Below, one piece after another: positions 1 to 9,277 of a stretch of 64,000 bases of DNA; within the stretch, counting starts at the first letter, position 1; each line of letters starts with the position of its first letter. The notes under the pieces are model-generated. The model saw only the letters and a list, made by a program, of their open reading frames with translations. It was not told the origin of the DNA and searched no databases. Origin of the DNA: Deltaproteobacteria bacterium (GTDB lineage Bacteria; Myxococcota_A; UBA9160; UBA4427). A program made the position numbers and the translations under genes. Where the stretch lies: NCBI GenBank assembly GCA_019310975.1, contig JAFDDH010000002.1:33569-97568 (forward strand). The letters run 5' to 3'.

Positions 1-457
1 AGTCGGGATCCTCGGAGTCGAGCATGCTGCGCTCGAGTCCCGCATGCACGAAGACATAGTCGGCCTCGCGGTACCAGAGGCGCAGACCGAGCAGGAAGTC
101 TCGGTGGTCCTTGGGGATCTCGAAGCTGTCACGATCCGGAATCGCGCGATCGAAGTATCCGTAGCTGTCGAGGGTGCGGTCCCCGCCATTCATCAGGAAG
201 GCGTCGCCACCGAAGTAGGCGCGGTCGCTCCAGCCCAGGAAGTCCAGGAACATCGACTCGTGATTGCCCAGGAGGAACGTGCACGGCCATTGCTTCTCGA
301 GACGGATGAGGCAATCCACCACACCGCGGGCGTCCGGCCCGCGGTCCACATAGTCGCCCAGGAAGACCAGGCGGTCGCCCTCTTCCAGGGGCAGCACGGC
401 GAGCAGCTCTTCCAGCTTCCCGCGCTCGCCGTGGATGTCGCCGATGGCGTAGAGCAT
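1..457 (-). CDS. Calcineurin-like metallophosphoesterase (PrpA/ApaH-like Ser/Thr phosphatase), 3' end beyond the window edge
   Basis: Absent from the ORF track because it runs off the edge. My reverse-strand translation from the ATG at 457-455 gives MLYAIGDIHGERGKLEELLAVLPLEEGDRLVFLGDYVDRGPDARGVV...FLLGNHESMF. These are the GDxHG, GDxxDRG and GNHE metallophosphoesterase motifs. Confidence 0.75.
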   Translation of the reverse strand, partial: MLYAIGDIHGERGKLEELLAVLPLEEGDRLVFLGDYVDRGPDARGVVDCLIRLEKQWPCTFLLGNHESMFLDFLGWSDRAYFGGDAFLMNGGDRTLDSYGYFDRAIPDRDSFEIPKDHRDFLLGLRLWYREADYVFVHAGLERSMLDSEDPD

Positions 458-560
458 TAGCCCGCGTTCTTGCCTCCGCGATTCGCATCGGTCGCCCGCG
501 GGCGGGGCTTTACGGACGCACCCAGTGCCCAGCTGGCGGGGCTCGGCTGCGCTCGTGCTC

Positions 561-1640
561 TCACGCTTCCGCTGACAGCGGAATCCGGATGCCGCGCCCG
601 GCACCGGCGCCGGCGCCACGAGCGGCCAGCTGACCGCAGGCCGCGTCGATGTCGCCACCGCGGTTGCGGCGCAGGGTGATGCGCAGTCCGCCAGCGTGGG
701 CCGCGGCCGCGAAGGCGTCGCACACGGCGCGCGAGGGCGGCTGGATGGGCGAATCGGCGTGTGGGTTCATCGGGATCAGGTTCAGCTTGGACGGAATCCC
801 GCGCAGCAGGCGCGGCAGGCGGCGCGCATCGTCCAGGGAGTCGTTGATGCCCTGCATCAGGGTGTACTCGAAGAAGACCGGGCGCTTGCGCGAGATGAGA
901 TCGTCGCTGCGCAATGCGCCCAGCAGCTCGTCCAGGGGATAGCGGCGATTCAGCGGCACGAGCTCGTCCCGCACGGCGTCCGTGGTCGCGTGCAGCGAGA
1001 TCGCCAGGTTCACCGGGCCCAGCTCGAGCAGAGGTCGGATCCGCGGTACGATGCCCGAGGTCGACACCGTGATGCGCCGCGGCGCCATGGCGAGGGTTTT
1101 CGGGTCTGTGAGGATGCGGATCGACTCGGCCACGGCAGGCCAGTTGAGCAGCGGCTCGCCCATTCCCATGTACACGATGTTGGTGAGCGTCTCTCCCTGG
1201 TCGAGTGCCTCACGGGCGCGCAGCACTTGGTCGATGATTTCGCCGGCCGACAGGTTGCGCGTGAATCCGAGCGCGCCCGTGGCACAGAACGAGCAGGCCA
1301 GCGGGCAGCCCACCTGAGTCGAGACGCAGAGGGTGTTGCGCCTCTCCTCGGGGATCAACACCGCCTCCACGGTCGCGCCGTCCGGCGCGCGCAGGACAAA
1401 TTTGCGCGTACCGTCCCTGGAGATCTGTACCCGCTCGGTCTCGAGGGCACGCACCGACCAGTTCGCTGCCAGCTCGTCGCGCAGTGTGGCGGGCAGATCC
1501 GTCATCTCGTGCAGATCCTCGACGCCGCGGCCGTAGATCCACGAGAGCACCTGATCGGCCCGCCACGCGGGCAGGCCGGCACGCCGGAAGCGGTCGCGCA
1601 GCACGGGGCGCGAATGACTCTTCAGATTGGGCTGGATCAT
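561..1640 (-). CDS. rlmN: 23S rRNA/tRNA adenine-C2 methyltransferase RlmN (radical SAM)
   Basis: ORF 561..1730. It has the radical-SAM cluster motif GCPLACSFCATG, then MGMGEPL, and the C-terminal GGDIDAACGQL typical of RlmN/Cfr. I prefer the internal ATG at 1640 (MIQPNLKSH...) so that the gene does not overlap trmB. Confidence 0.9.
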   Translation of the reverse strand: MIQPNLKSHSRPVLRDRFRRAGLPAWRADQVLSWIYGRGVEDLHEMTDLPATLRDELAANWSVRALETERVQISRDGTRKFVLRAPDGATVEAVLIPEERRNTLCVSTQVGCPLACSFCATGALGFTRNLSAGEIIDQVLRAREALDQGETLTNIVYMGMGEPLLNWPAVAESIRILTDPKTLAMAPRRITVSTSGIVPRIRPLLELGPVNLAISLHATTDAVRDELVPLNRRYPLDELLGALRSDDLISRKRPVFFEYTLMQGINDSLDDARRLPRLLRGIPSKLNLIPMNPHADSPIQPPSRAVCDAFAAAAHAGGLRITLRRNRGGDIDAACGQLAARGAGAGAGRGIRIPLSAEA

Positions 1641-1660
1641 GCGGTGCTCGGGGCGGGGTC

Positions 1661-2317
1661 TCAGCCCTCTTCGAGGGCCACGCGGCGACGATACGCGAAG
1701 AAATGTAGCGGCCGGCCGGCCTCGCGCCATTCGACCTCATAGCCCGTGTGCATGCGCCCGGGCACCTCGCACAGCCAGCGCTCGGGCGCGAAGGCGTTCT
1801 CGAGCAGCGGCTCGCTGGCGAGTACCGGGTCGATCTGCTCCGCGTAGGGGACATCATCGGTTGCGACGTGGAGTGTGCCGCCGGAGACGAGACAGAGCGC
1901 GGCGTCGCGTACGAAGTCCGGCTGAATCAGACGCCGTCCGGCGTGACGGTCCTTGGGCCAGGGATCCGAGAAATTGATCCAGATCTCGCGCAGCGAGTCC
2001 TTGCGGATCAGATCCTTCACCACCACCTGCCCACGCGCTTCGAAGAGGCGTACGTTGTCGAAGCCGGCGCGCGCAAGCTTGCGTGCCATCTTGAGTGTGC
2101 GCTTGAACGAGACTTCGACGCCGAGGAACGCCGTGCAGGGCTCCTTGGCGGCGAGATCGAGCAGAAATTCGCCGCGCCCGAAGCCGATTTCCAGCACCAT
2201 TTCGAAGGGCCGCTCGAGCTGTGGCGAAAAGAGCTCCGCCATCCCTTCCACCGCGGCCTCCACGGTCGTACGCCGCCAGTCCTCACCGGGTATCTCGTAC
2301 TTCAGTGATCGCGGCAT
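1661..2317 (-). CDS. trmB: tRNA (guanine46-N7)-methyltransferase TrmB
   Basis: This is the C-terminal 218 aa of ORF 1661..2767, starting at MPRSLKYEIPGEDW (ATG at 2317-2315). SAM-binding motif VLEIGFGRGEF, plus INFSDPWPK and a TGYEVEW tail typical of TrmB. The upstream part of the ORF is Arg/Ala-rich junk. Confidence 0.9.
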   Translation of the reverse strand: MPRSLKYEIPGEDWRRTTVEAAVEGMAELFSPQLERPFEMVLEIGFGRGEFLLDLAAKEPCTAFLGVEVSFKRTLKMARKLARAGFDNVRLFEARGQVVVKDLIRKDSLREIWINFSDPWPKDRHAGRRLIQPDFVRDAALCLVSGGTLHVATDDVPYAEQIDPVLASEPLLENAFAPERWLCEVPGRMHTGYEVEWREAGRPLHFFAYRRRVALEEG

Positions 2318-2345
2318 GGTGCTCCCAGGATGGAAATGACGTCCC

Positions 2346-3974
2346 TCAGCGCAGCATCCCGCGGCCGGCCTTCCACGAGCCCGTCGTACCGAAGAGCATC
2401 CCCGCCCACTCGGGGAGACGCGGCACCCTGGGCAGGAGAGCCAGCGTATAGCGTTCGTGCGGCTGCAGCCCGGCGCGTGTGGCGAGGTCGCGCAACGCCT
2501 CGAGCGGACCTCCGAGAGCGTCCACGAGCCCCAGCGCCTGGGCGCGGCGTCCGCTCCAGATGCGACCCTGGGCGATCTTTTCGACGTCCTCGCGGCTCTT
2601 CGAGCGGCCCTTGGCGACGCGATCGAGGAATGTGCCATAGATGGCCTGCATCTCGCGCCGCACAGCCGCGCGCTCATCGGAATTGAAGCCACGCGCCTCG
2701 GAGAGCATGCCGGCGCGCGCGCCCTGCTGAACACCCTCCTTCGAGATACCGAGCCGCTCGTACACACCCGCCAGGTTGATCTTGCCGCCGACGACGCCGA
2801 TCGAGCCGGTCACCGTGCCCGACTCTGCGAAGACCTGATCGGCTGCCGCCGCAATGTAGTAGCCACCCGACGCCACGACCTCGCCCATCGAAACCACCAC
2901 CGGCTTCTCGCGCCCAAGCTGCTCGACACGTCGGTGAATCAGATCCGAAGCCAGCGCGTCGCCCCCGCCGCTGTCGATGCGCAGTGCCACACCGCGCACT
3001 CGCGGATCCTCGCGTAGAGCGGCGAGCAATCCGCCCATGCCGCCCGAGGTGATACCGCGAAAGCCCTCTCCACTGCGCACGCCGCCCTCGGCCAAGAGGT
3101 AGACGAGCGCGGGCCGATCCCGGAAGATCGGCACGAAGCCGGGATCCATTACATGGGCCAAGAAGTAGTCGACGGCGGGGAGCAGGTGGACACGCCGCGG
3201 GCCGCGCGCGCCAGGCCGTGGCGCCCTTGCAAGGGGCTCGAGGCGCTTCTCGATCTCGTCGGCATACACGAGTGCGTCGACGAGTCCCGTCTCCACAGCG
3301 GCAGCCGCCGAGTAGGGACCGGTATCGATCAGATCTCGCACGGTCGACGGCTCCAGCGAGCGACCGAGCGCGATACCCGTGACGAGGTCTTCCCACACGT
3401 CGGCCTGCCAGCTCTCGACCTGCTCGCGCTCCTCGTCGGACATCGAGTCGCGTGTAAAGGTCTCGCCCGCGCTCTTGAACTTGCCCACGTGGACGACTTC
3501 GGGCTTGGCGCCGATGCGGTCCAATACGTCGCGCAGGTAGTAGCGCTCGGTGCGCAGGCCGACGAGGAAGAGGTTGCCGCTCTCTGGCATCCAGATGCGA
3601 TCGGCCGCCGTGGCAACGAGATAGGGGAAGGCCGCCATGCTCTCGGCGAAGACCGCCACGCGCTTTCCCTTCGCCCTCAACTCACCGAGTGCCCGGCGCA
3701 AGGAGAGCGCGTGCGAGAAGCGGCCGATATTGCCGCGCAGACGCAGGAGCACGCCATCCACGCGATGATCGTCCCCCGCGGCCTCGATGCAGCGCAGGGT
3801 GTCGAGCAGCCCCAGGGTCGACGGGCGCCCGAAGCCGATATGGCTGCGCTCCGCCAAATCACCTTCGATGTCGAGCACGATCCAATTGCCCGAATCCGCC
3901 GCAAACACGCGGCCCAACGCCACGCGACGCACCACGCGCGTCCCATTCGCGAAGGTCCTTCGCAGGGCGCCCAA
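2346..3974 (-). CDS. sppA: Signal peptide peptidase SppA (S49 family, two-domain type)
   Basis: 542 aa with two ClpP/crotonase-like S49 halves. The second half has VVSMGEVVASGGYYIAAAADQVFAE, the Ser nucleophile region. Its start lies 2 nt after the stop of the upstream vWA gene. Confidence 0.8.
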   Translation of the reverse strand: MGALRRTFANGTRVVRRVALGRVFAADSGNWIVLDIEGDLAERSHIGFGRPSTLGLLDTLRCIEAAGDDHRVDGVLLRLRGNIGRFSHALSLRRALGELRAKGKRVAVFAESMAAFPYLVATAADRIWMPESGNLFLVGLRTERYYLRDVLDRIGAKPEVVHVGKFKSAGETFTRDSMSDEEREQVESWQADVWEDLVTGIALGRSLEPSTVRDLIDTGPYSAAAAVETGLVDALVYADEIEKRLEPLARAPRPGARGPRRVHLLPAVDYFLAHVMDPGFVPIFRDRPALVYLLAEGGVRSGEGFRGITSGGMGGLLAALREDPRVRGVALRIDSGGGDALASDLIHRRVEQLGREKPVVVSMGEVVASGGYYIAAAADQVFAESGTVTGSIGVVGGKINLAGVYERLGISKEGVQQGARAGMLSEARGFNSDERAAVRREMQAIYGTFLDRVAKGRSKSREDVEKIAQGRIWSGRRAQALGLVDALGGPLEALRDLATRAGLQPHERYTLALLPRVPRLPEWAGMLFGTTGSWKAGRGMLR

Positions 3975-3976
3975 GC

Positions 3977-5590
3977 TCAGCTCCTGCGCAGCCTACGGTG
4001 GGAGATGTAATCCACCATGAGGAAGGAGGAAAGCTGGTGGGGCCGAGTGTAGAAGGCCCGGCCCCTGTTGATCTGCGTCATGCGCTCCACGAAGCCCATC
4101 AGCTCCGGAGCGTCGTCGAGCATGAAGGTGTTGATCGTGATGCCTTGCTGGGTGATGCGGCGCACCTGCTTGAGCGTCTCCGCAACGGCATGCGGAGAGA
4201 CGCCGCCCATGCCCATGGGCCATTCGACCCGCAGCTGCTTGTCCTCGAAGTAGGCAGTGGGCTGACCGTCGGTAATGACCAGGATCTGGGGCGTGGCGCT
4301 GCGGTGCCGCTGGATCACCCGTTCGGCCACCATCAGGCCCTCCTGCAGGTTCGTGAATGGATCCCCCATATCCCAACAGACCTCGGGCAGCTCGCGAATC
4401 GGCAGCTCGCGCGCGCGGGTCGAGAAGCCCACCACCGAGAAGTGGTCGCGCGGAAACTGCGTGCGAATCAGCTGATCCATCGCCAGCGCGACCCGCTTGG
4501 CGGCGGGGAAGCGATCCGCCCACGACATCGACCAGCTCATGTCGAGCAAGAGAACCGTCGTGGTCTGGGTGCTGAAGTCCATCTCCCGAACCTCGAAGTC
4601 GTCCACCGACAGATCGACTCGGCGTACGCTCTTGCCACCCTCGGCGGCGCGACGCTTCACACCGTTCATCACGGTCTTCACGATGTCGATGTTGAGTGGG
4701 TCACCGAACACCCACGGCCGCGTTTCGTCGGGGCGCGGCATCGCCACGCCATAGCTCGGCGTGTCGTGCTCGCCCGCCAGGCCCTTGCGCAGCACGTTGT
4801 AGACATCGGCCAGTGCTGAGGCGCCAATCTTGCGAATCGCCTTGGGCGTGAGCTCACCATCGCGCAGCAGGCCGGCGCGGGACATATTGGATTCGAGATC
4901 ACGCAGGAGTACGAAGGACTGGGCGGCCGGATCGCCGAGCATTTCGCGCAGCTGGTCGGGGCTGATGGACTCGAAGTTGCCTTCGGCGAGATCCTGTGCC
5001 ATCTGCGAGAGCGCCTCGACCTGCTCTCGGATCTGCTGTGCGGTCTCGTAGTCGGCCTCTTCCGGGCCGCGAAAGCGCTGGCCCTGCTGCTGCAAGAAGT
5101 CCTCGAGCGCGCGCATGCGCTCGAGTTCCTCAGCGAGCTCGTGGAAGTCCTGCTCGGCGTCCCCGTCCTCCCAGGTGTAATCATCGAATTGTGCGATCGC
5201 CTGGGAGACCTGCGTCGATTCGGCGTGGCGCCGGCTCATGAAGTCATTCATGCGGGCCGAATCCAGGCCGTGCTCTCCCTGCATGGCGCTCTGCTCGCGA
5301 TCCAGAATCTCGTCGAGGCGCTCGCGGATCTCGTTCATCGAGTTCTGCAGGTCGTAGCGCTGCTGCAGCTCGCGGATCTGGTCGCGCAGCTCCTTCAAGA
5401 GCTCGTCGATTCCCATCACGCGCATATCGAGGCCGCCGAGCTCGAAGCCGTACTGTCGCATCCACTCCAGTGCCTGGCGGGCATCGAGGCCCTCCATCAT
5501 CAGCTCGGAGAGTGAATCCAGCGCTCGATCGACATCGAGACTGAACTGCTCGAGACTGCCGTCCCACTGGCTGTAGCGGAATGTCTTCAT
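3977..5590 (-). CDS. von Willebrand factor A (vWA) domain protein with an intact MIDAS motif
   Basis: 537 aa. The N-terminal half is long, acidic and coiled-coil-like. The C-terminal vWA fold has LLLDMSWSMS (the DxSxS MIDAS motif) and later ILVITDGQPT. It overlaps the upstream AAA+ gene by 4 nt. Confidence 0.8.
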   Translation of the reverse strand: MKTFRYSQWDGSLEQFSLDVDRALDSLSELMMEGLDARQALEWMRQYGFELGGLDMRVMGIDELLKELRDQIRELQQRYDLQNSMNEIRERLDEILDREQSAMQGEHGLDSARMNDFMSRRHAESTQVSQAIAQFDDYTWEDGDAEQDFHELAEELERMRALEDFLQQQGQRFRGPEEADYETAQQIREQVEALSQMAQDLAEGNFESISPDQLREMLGDPAAQSFVLLRDLESNMSRAGLLRDGELTPKAIRKIGASALADVYNVLRKGLAGEHDTPSYGVAMPRPDETRPWVFGDPLNIDIVKTVMNGVKRRAAEGGKSVRRVDLSVDDFEVREMDFSTQTTTVLLLDMSWSMSWADRFPAAKRVALAMDQLIRTQFPRDHFSVVGFSTRARELPIRELPEVCWDMGDPFTNLQEGLMVAERVIQRHRSATPQILVITDGQPTAYFEDKQLRVEWPMGMGGVSPHAVAETLKQVRRITQQGITINTFMLDDAPELMGFVERMTQINRGRAFYTRPHQLSSFLMVDYISHRRLRRS

Positions 5591-6999
5591 GCTTTCTGAA
5601 AGCGCACGCGGCCCTCGGACTCGCTCTTGTTGAGCGCGTTGGAGAGATGCAGACCCTCGAGTATGAACTCGATCGCGGAAGCCAGTCGCGGCGGCGAGTC
5701 GCCACCCACGAGCGCGACAGCCGCCTCGCGCAGCCCGGTGATCTCGTCGAGGCCCTCGAGATACTCGACGGCCCGGAGATCAGCCGAAACTTCGACCTGC
5801 CAGCCGGCGTCGAAGGCCTCTACCGCAGAGGCGAGCGCCTCGACGCTCGTGCGCTCTTCGAAGACGCGGCGACAGGCTCGACGCACCAGGCCGTCGAGCA
5901 GATCTTCGTCCGTGGTGTCCGCGCCGGCGTACTCGAGCTCGATCTTGCCCGTGGTGGACGAAAGCAATGCCGCCAGGTCGCTCACGCGCGGAACGGCCTC
6001 GGCCTCGCCATTGCGTAGCGCGCGCCGAATGGCGTTCGCCAGCAGCGTCTCGTAGTTGGCGATGCTCATGCGTACAGAGACGCCCGAGGCCTGACTCACG
6101 TCGGGGCTGCTGCGCGCCTCGAAGGTCATCTCACCCACCACGTCCTCCATGAAGCCGGGCACGTGGAGAGCCACGCCGGGCACGTCGGGCAGCGTCACCT
6201 CCTGGCGTGTGATGGCGAGCTCGATGGCGCGGGTGGGGGGATAGTGGGTGCGGATCTGCGCCGCGTAGCGGTCCTTGAGCGGTGTAATGATGCGCCCGCG
6301 GCTCGTGTAGTCCTCGGGATTTGCGCTGGCCACCACCAGCACGTCCAACGGCAGGCGGACGTTGTAGCCCTTGATCTGGATGTCGCGCTCCTCCATCACG
6401 TTGAACAACCCGACCTGCACTTTTTCCGTCAAGTCGGGCAACTCATTGATGCAGAAGATGCCGCGATGGGCGCGCGGCAGGAGACCGAAGTGGATCGTGT
6501 ACTCGTCCGAGAGGTGGCGCCCTTCCGCCACCTTGATGGGATCGACGTCGCCGATCAGATCCGCGATCGAGACGTCGGGCGTGGCGAGCTTCTCGCTATA
6601 GCGACGCGCGCGGTGCAACCAGTCGATCTCGGTCTTTTCGCCCTGGCTCTCGACGATCTCGCGACCGAAAGCGGAAACCGGCTCCAGCGGGTCGTCGGGG
6701 ATCTCGCTACCGGCCACCACGGGTACCCACTCGTCGAGCAGATTGGTGAGCGAGCGGATCATGCGCGACTTCGCCTGTCCGCGCTCGCCGAGAAAGATCA
6801 GGTCGTGGCCGCAGAGGAGCGCATTCTCGACCGCTGGGACCACCGTCTCGTCGTAGCCGTGAATGCCCGGAAAGAGTTCCCGCCCGTCGCGCAGGTGCGC
6901 GAGCAGGTTGGCCAGGATCTCTTCGCGCAGGCTGCGGTGGACATAGCCCGACCGACGGAGCTCGCCGAGGGTGCGGGGGGTGGGTGGCGCGCTTTGCAT
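5587..6999 (-). CDS. AAA+ ATPase, ChlI/BchI (Mg-chelatase)-like or MoxR-like
   Basis: 470 aa. Walker A is LIFLGERGQAKS. The Walker B region is GIFCINELPDL followed by VQVGLFNVMEERDIQIKG, which resembles ChlI/BchI-family ATPases. It is translationally coupled to the vWA gene. Confidence 0.8.
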   Translation of the reverse strand: MQSAPPTPRTLGELRRSGYVHRSLREEILANLLAHLRDGRELFPGIHGYDETVVPAVENALLCGHDLIFLGERGQAKSRMIRSLTNLLDEWVPVVAGSEIPDDPLEPVSAFGREIVESQGEKTEIDWLHRARRYSEKLATPDVSIADLIGDVDPIKVAEGRHLSDEYTIHFGLLPRAHRGIFCINELPDLTEKVQVGLFNVMEERDIQIKGYNVRLPLDVLVVASANPEDYTSRGRIITPLKDRYAAQIRTHYPPTRAIELAITRQEVTLPDVPGVALHVPGFMEDVVGEMTFEARSSPDVSQASGVSVRMSIANYETLLANAIRRALRNGEAEAVPRVSDLAALLSSTTGKIELEYAGADTTDEDLLDGLVRRACRRVFEERTSVEALASAVEAFDAGWQVEVSADLRAVEYLEGLDEITGLREAAVALVGGDSPPRLASAIEFILEGLHLSNALNKSESEGRVRFQKA

Positions 7000-7024
7000 G
7001 GGGCCTCCGGGCGGCGAATCGCCC

Positions 7025-8215
7025 TCAGTCGGACGATCCGCTTTGCTGTCCTCCGTTCTTGCGGAGCGATTCGACGACGTGTCGGATCACCAGGAGCACC
7101 GAGCCCTCCAGCGTGATGTTGTCGACGATGGGGACGTCGTGGTGCTCGGCGAGCTCCAGCAGGTGCTCCTGGATCTTCATGATCTCGTCCATGCGCTTCA
7201 CATATCTGTCCGCTTCGCGCTGGCGCTGGCGCTCGGCGCGCGCAACGAAGTGGTTGCGAAATGCCTCCTCGTCGAGGCGGGCGACCAGCAGGAAGAACAC
7301 ATGGGCGTACTGCTGGTAGGGCTCGAGGTCGATCAACCCGGGCACCAGCGACACGCCGTCGAGCACGAGACTCGTATTCTCCTCGATCGCTCGATCGAGG
7401 ATGGCTCGAACACCCACCGATACGATCGAGGTCTGCGCCATGAAGCCCTCGACCACAGGGTCCTCTTCGCGCGTGTGCATGGCGATCCCGCGGTGCGCAT
7501 CGAACGAGGAGGCGTGCAGAGCAGGCATCAGCTCCTGTGAGAGGATGATGCGCATGACGTGGCGGATCGAGTCGGTGGAGAGCACACGGCTGATGCCCAG
7601 ACGCTGGGCCACCTCCAGTGCCAATGAAGTCTTGCCCACACCGCTGGTGCCTCCGAGGAGGATGATGACCGGTCTCTCGGGCTCCTGGAATTCGCGCCAC
7701 ACCAGGTAGCGTCCGGCGGTGCGGCGGCCAAAGCGCTCCAGCAGAGTCGCATGGGAGAGGTCGCGCAGCTGCGCACGCGTCACCTCCTGCCGGCCGCGCC
7801 GGATCAGCTCGAGCTCGATCTCGCGTGCGACGTCGAAGGCGTCATCCGGCTCCAGAGATGCCGCCAGCAGCGACTGCGAGAGCGTGCCCTTCGAAAAGGG
7901 CGTGCTGCGCCTGCCGCGCACGACGCTCAATCTGATCGGTGTCGGGATCGGGGGCTGGTGGTCGTAGTCCTCACCCACCAGGTCCTGCACGATCTTGGAG
8001 AGCTCGGAGCGCTGCAACCTGCGCCGCCCGCGGATCTGCTCGGCCACTGCATGTGCGGTCGCATAGGCATCCTCGAAGGAAACACCGCGCGCCATCAGCG
8101 AGTGGACCATGATGCCGCGCATATAGGGCCGCTCGATACCGCCGTCCTCGACTACGAGGACTCGCTTCGTGTCCTTCTTATGCGGTCCCTTCGGAGCATC
8201 TCGCTCATCCGGCAT
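7025..8215 (-). CDS. ATP-cone domain protein fused to a 2-phosphoglycerate-kinase-like P-loop kinase
   Basis: 396 aa. There are two N-terminal ATP-cone-like segments (VLVVEDGGIERPYMRGIMVHSL..., LSVVRGRRSTPFSKGTLSQSLL...). These are followed by the P-loop ILLGGTSGVGKTSLALEVAQRLGISRVLSTDSIR, typical of the 2-PGK family. Confidence 0.7.
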   Translation of the reverse strand: MPDERDAPKGPHKKDTKRVLVVEDGGIERPYMRGIMVHSLMARGVSFEDAYATAHAVAEQIRGRRRLQRSELSKIVQDLVGEDYDHQPPIPTPIRLSVVRGRRSTPFSKGTLSQSLLAASLEPDDAFDVAREIELELIRRGRQEVTRAQLRDLSHATLLERFGRRTAGRYLVWREFQEPERPVIILLGGTSGVGKTSLALEVAQRLGISRVLSTDSIRHVMRIILSQELMPALHASSFDAHRGIAMHTREEDPVVEGFMAQTSIVSVGVRAILDRAIEENTSLVLDGVSLVPGLIDLEPYQQYAHVFFLLVARLDEEAFRNHFVARAERQRQREADRYVKRMDEIMKIQEHLLELAEHHDVPIVDNITLEGSVLLVIRHVVESLRKNGGQQSGSSD

Positions 8216-8678
8216 GCAGCCACCTTAAGGCCTGATGGTTCGTTCGCGCCAGCGTGACAGGTCTGGGCCTGCAGAGCAGACTCCGCAGCGCGGCCCGGCG
8301 AAGCGTAGCTCGATCGCCACATCCGGACCGAGGCCTGCCCGTGGGACAGATTGTCCGACCCGACTGGCCAGACATTACCCGGAGGAATTTGGTTCGAAAC
8401 CCTCGAACGGCACAATTTGCCGGTTTTTTGGGTTGACTAAACCCGATTCAGGGCCTTAGCTCAATGTTGACGGGAAGATGGGTCACCTGGGATCACCGCC
8501 GAGACGGCGTTCTGCGCGGATTGCCAGGTGTGGACCAGGGGCCTTTGAGGAAATGGGCTGACCGTCCACCGCTGGGTCGGCACACCGGGCCACGTGGAGG
8601 CGGGTTGGTCCCTGCGCCGGATGACGACCGGGACGACTGGGCAGACACGCGGATCGAGTGGCATGGAGGACGAGCGAA

Positions 8679-9191
8679 ATGGGCTCGATGTCGACACAAG
8701 AGCAGATGCGCGCGGTCTCGGGACCCGCGACACAGGATCTCTACCGCACCAAGGAAGTCGTGCAGATCCTCTCCATCTCGAGGCGCCAGCTCCAGTATTG
8801 GTCCCAGACAGATCTCGTCGTGCCCTCAGTCAAGACCAACGGCGGGCACCATCGCTACACGTTCGAGGATCTCGTCGCCCTCAAGGCGACCAAACGGCTG
8901 ATCGACGCCGGGGTCTCGGTGCAACGCATTCGCAGTAGCATCCAGGCGCTGCGGCGCATGCTGCCGAAGGTGGCGAGACCGCTCTCGGAGCTGACGCTCG
9001 TGGCGACGGGCGATGTCGTGCTCGTCTTCCACGACGACACGGTCTTCGAGGCGGTGACCGGACAGGAGTGGGTCTTCGAGGTGGCCCAATTCGAGCGCGA
9101 GCTCGAGACCTGGCGCGGGCTGCGCACGGCCCGACCGGTGCGGCGAGCTGCGCCAGGTGAACGGACTTCGGCCGCCGTGCGACCGGCATAG
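8679..9191 (+). CDS. MerR-family HTH transcriptional regulator
   Basis: ORF 8658..9191. It contains LYRTKEVVQILSISRRQLQYWSQTDLVVPSVKTNGGHHRYTFEDLVALKATKRLIDAGVSVQRIR, a MerR-type winged HTH. I prefer the ATG at 8679, which lies 8 nt after GGAGGA (8665-8670). Confidence 0.75.
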   Translation: MGSMSTQEQMRAVSGPATQDLYRTKEVVQILSISRRQLQYWSQTDLVVPSVKTNGGHHRYTFEDLVALKATKRLIDAGVSVQRIRSSIQALRRMLPKVARPLSELTLVATGDVVLVFHDDTVFEAVTGQEWVFEVAQFERELETWRGLRTARPVRRAAPGERTSAAVRPA

Positions 9192-9212
9192 CGGGCATAG
9201 CGGGCATAGCGG
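9186..9212. repeat. 9-bp x3 perfect tandem repeat (GCATAGCGG)
   Basis: Read directly as gcatagcgg gcatagcgg gcatagcgg. The first unit contains the MerR stop codon (TAG, 9189-9191). Units 2 and 3 supply two further in-frame TAG codons. Confidence 0.9.
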
Positions 9213-9277
9213 GAGTCAGCCCAGGCGATCGCGCGGAGCCGAGCTGGCATGGGAGCGGAGCGGCAAGTGGCCACAGG

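Noticed and set aside
8388-8412. The T-loop-like GGTTCGAAACC as part of a tRNA gene.
   Set aside because: The flanking sequence cannot form a T-stem, acceptor stem or anticodon arm. The motif belongs to a simple 6-bp hairpin (GTTCGA/TCGAAC).
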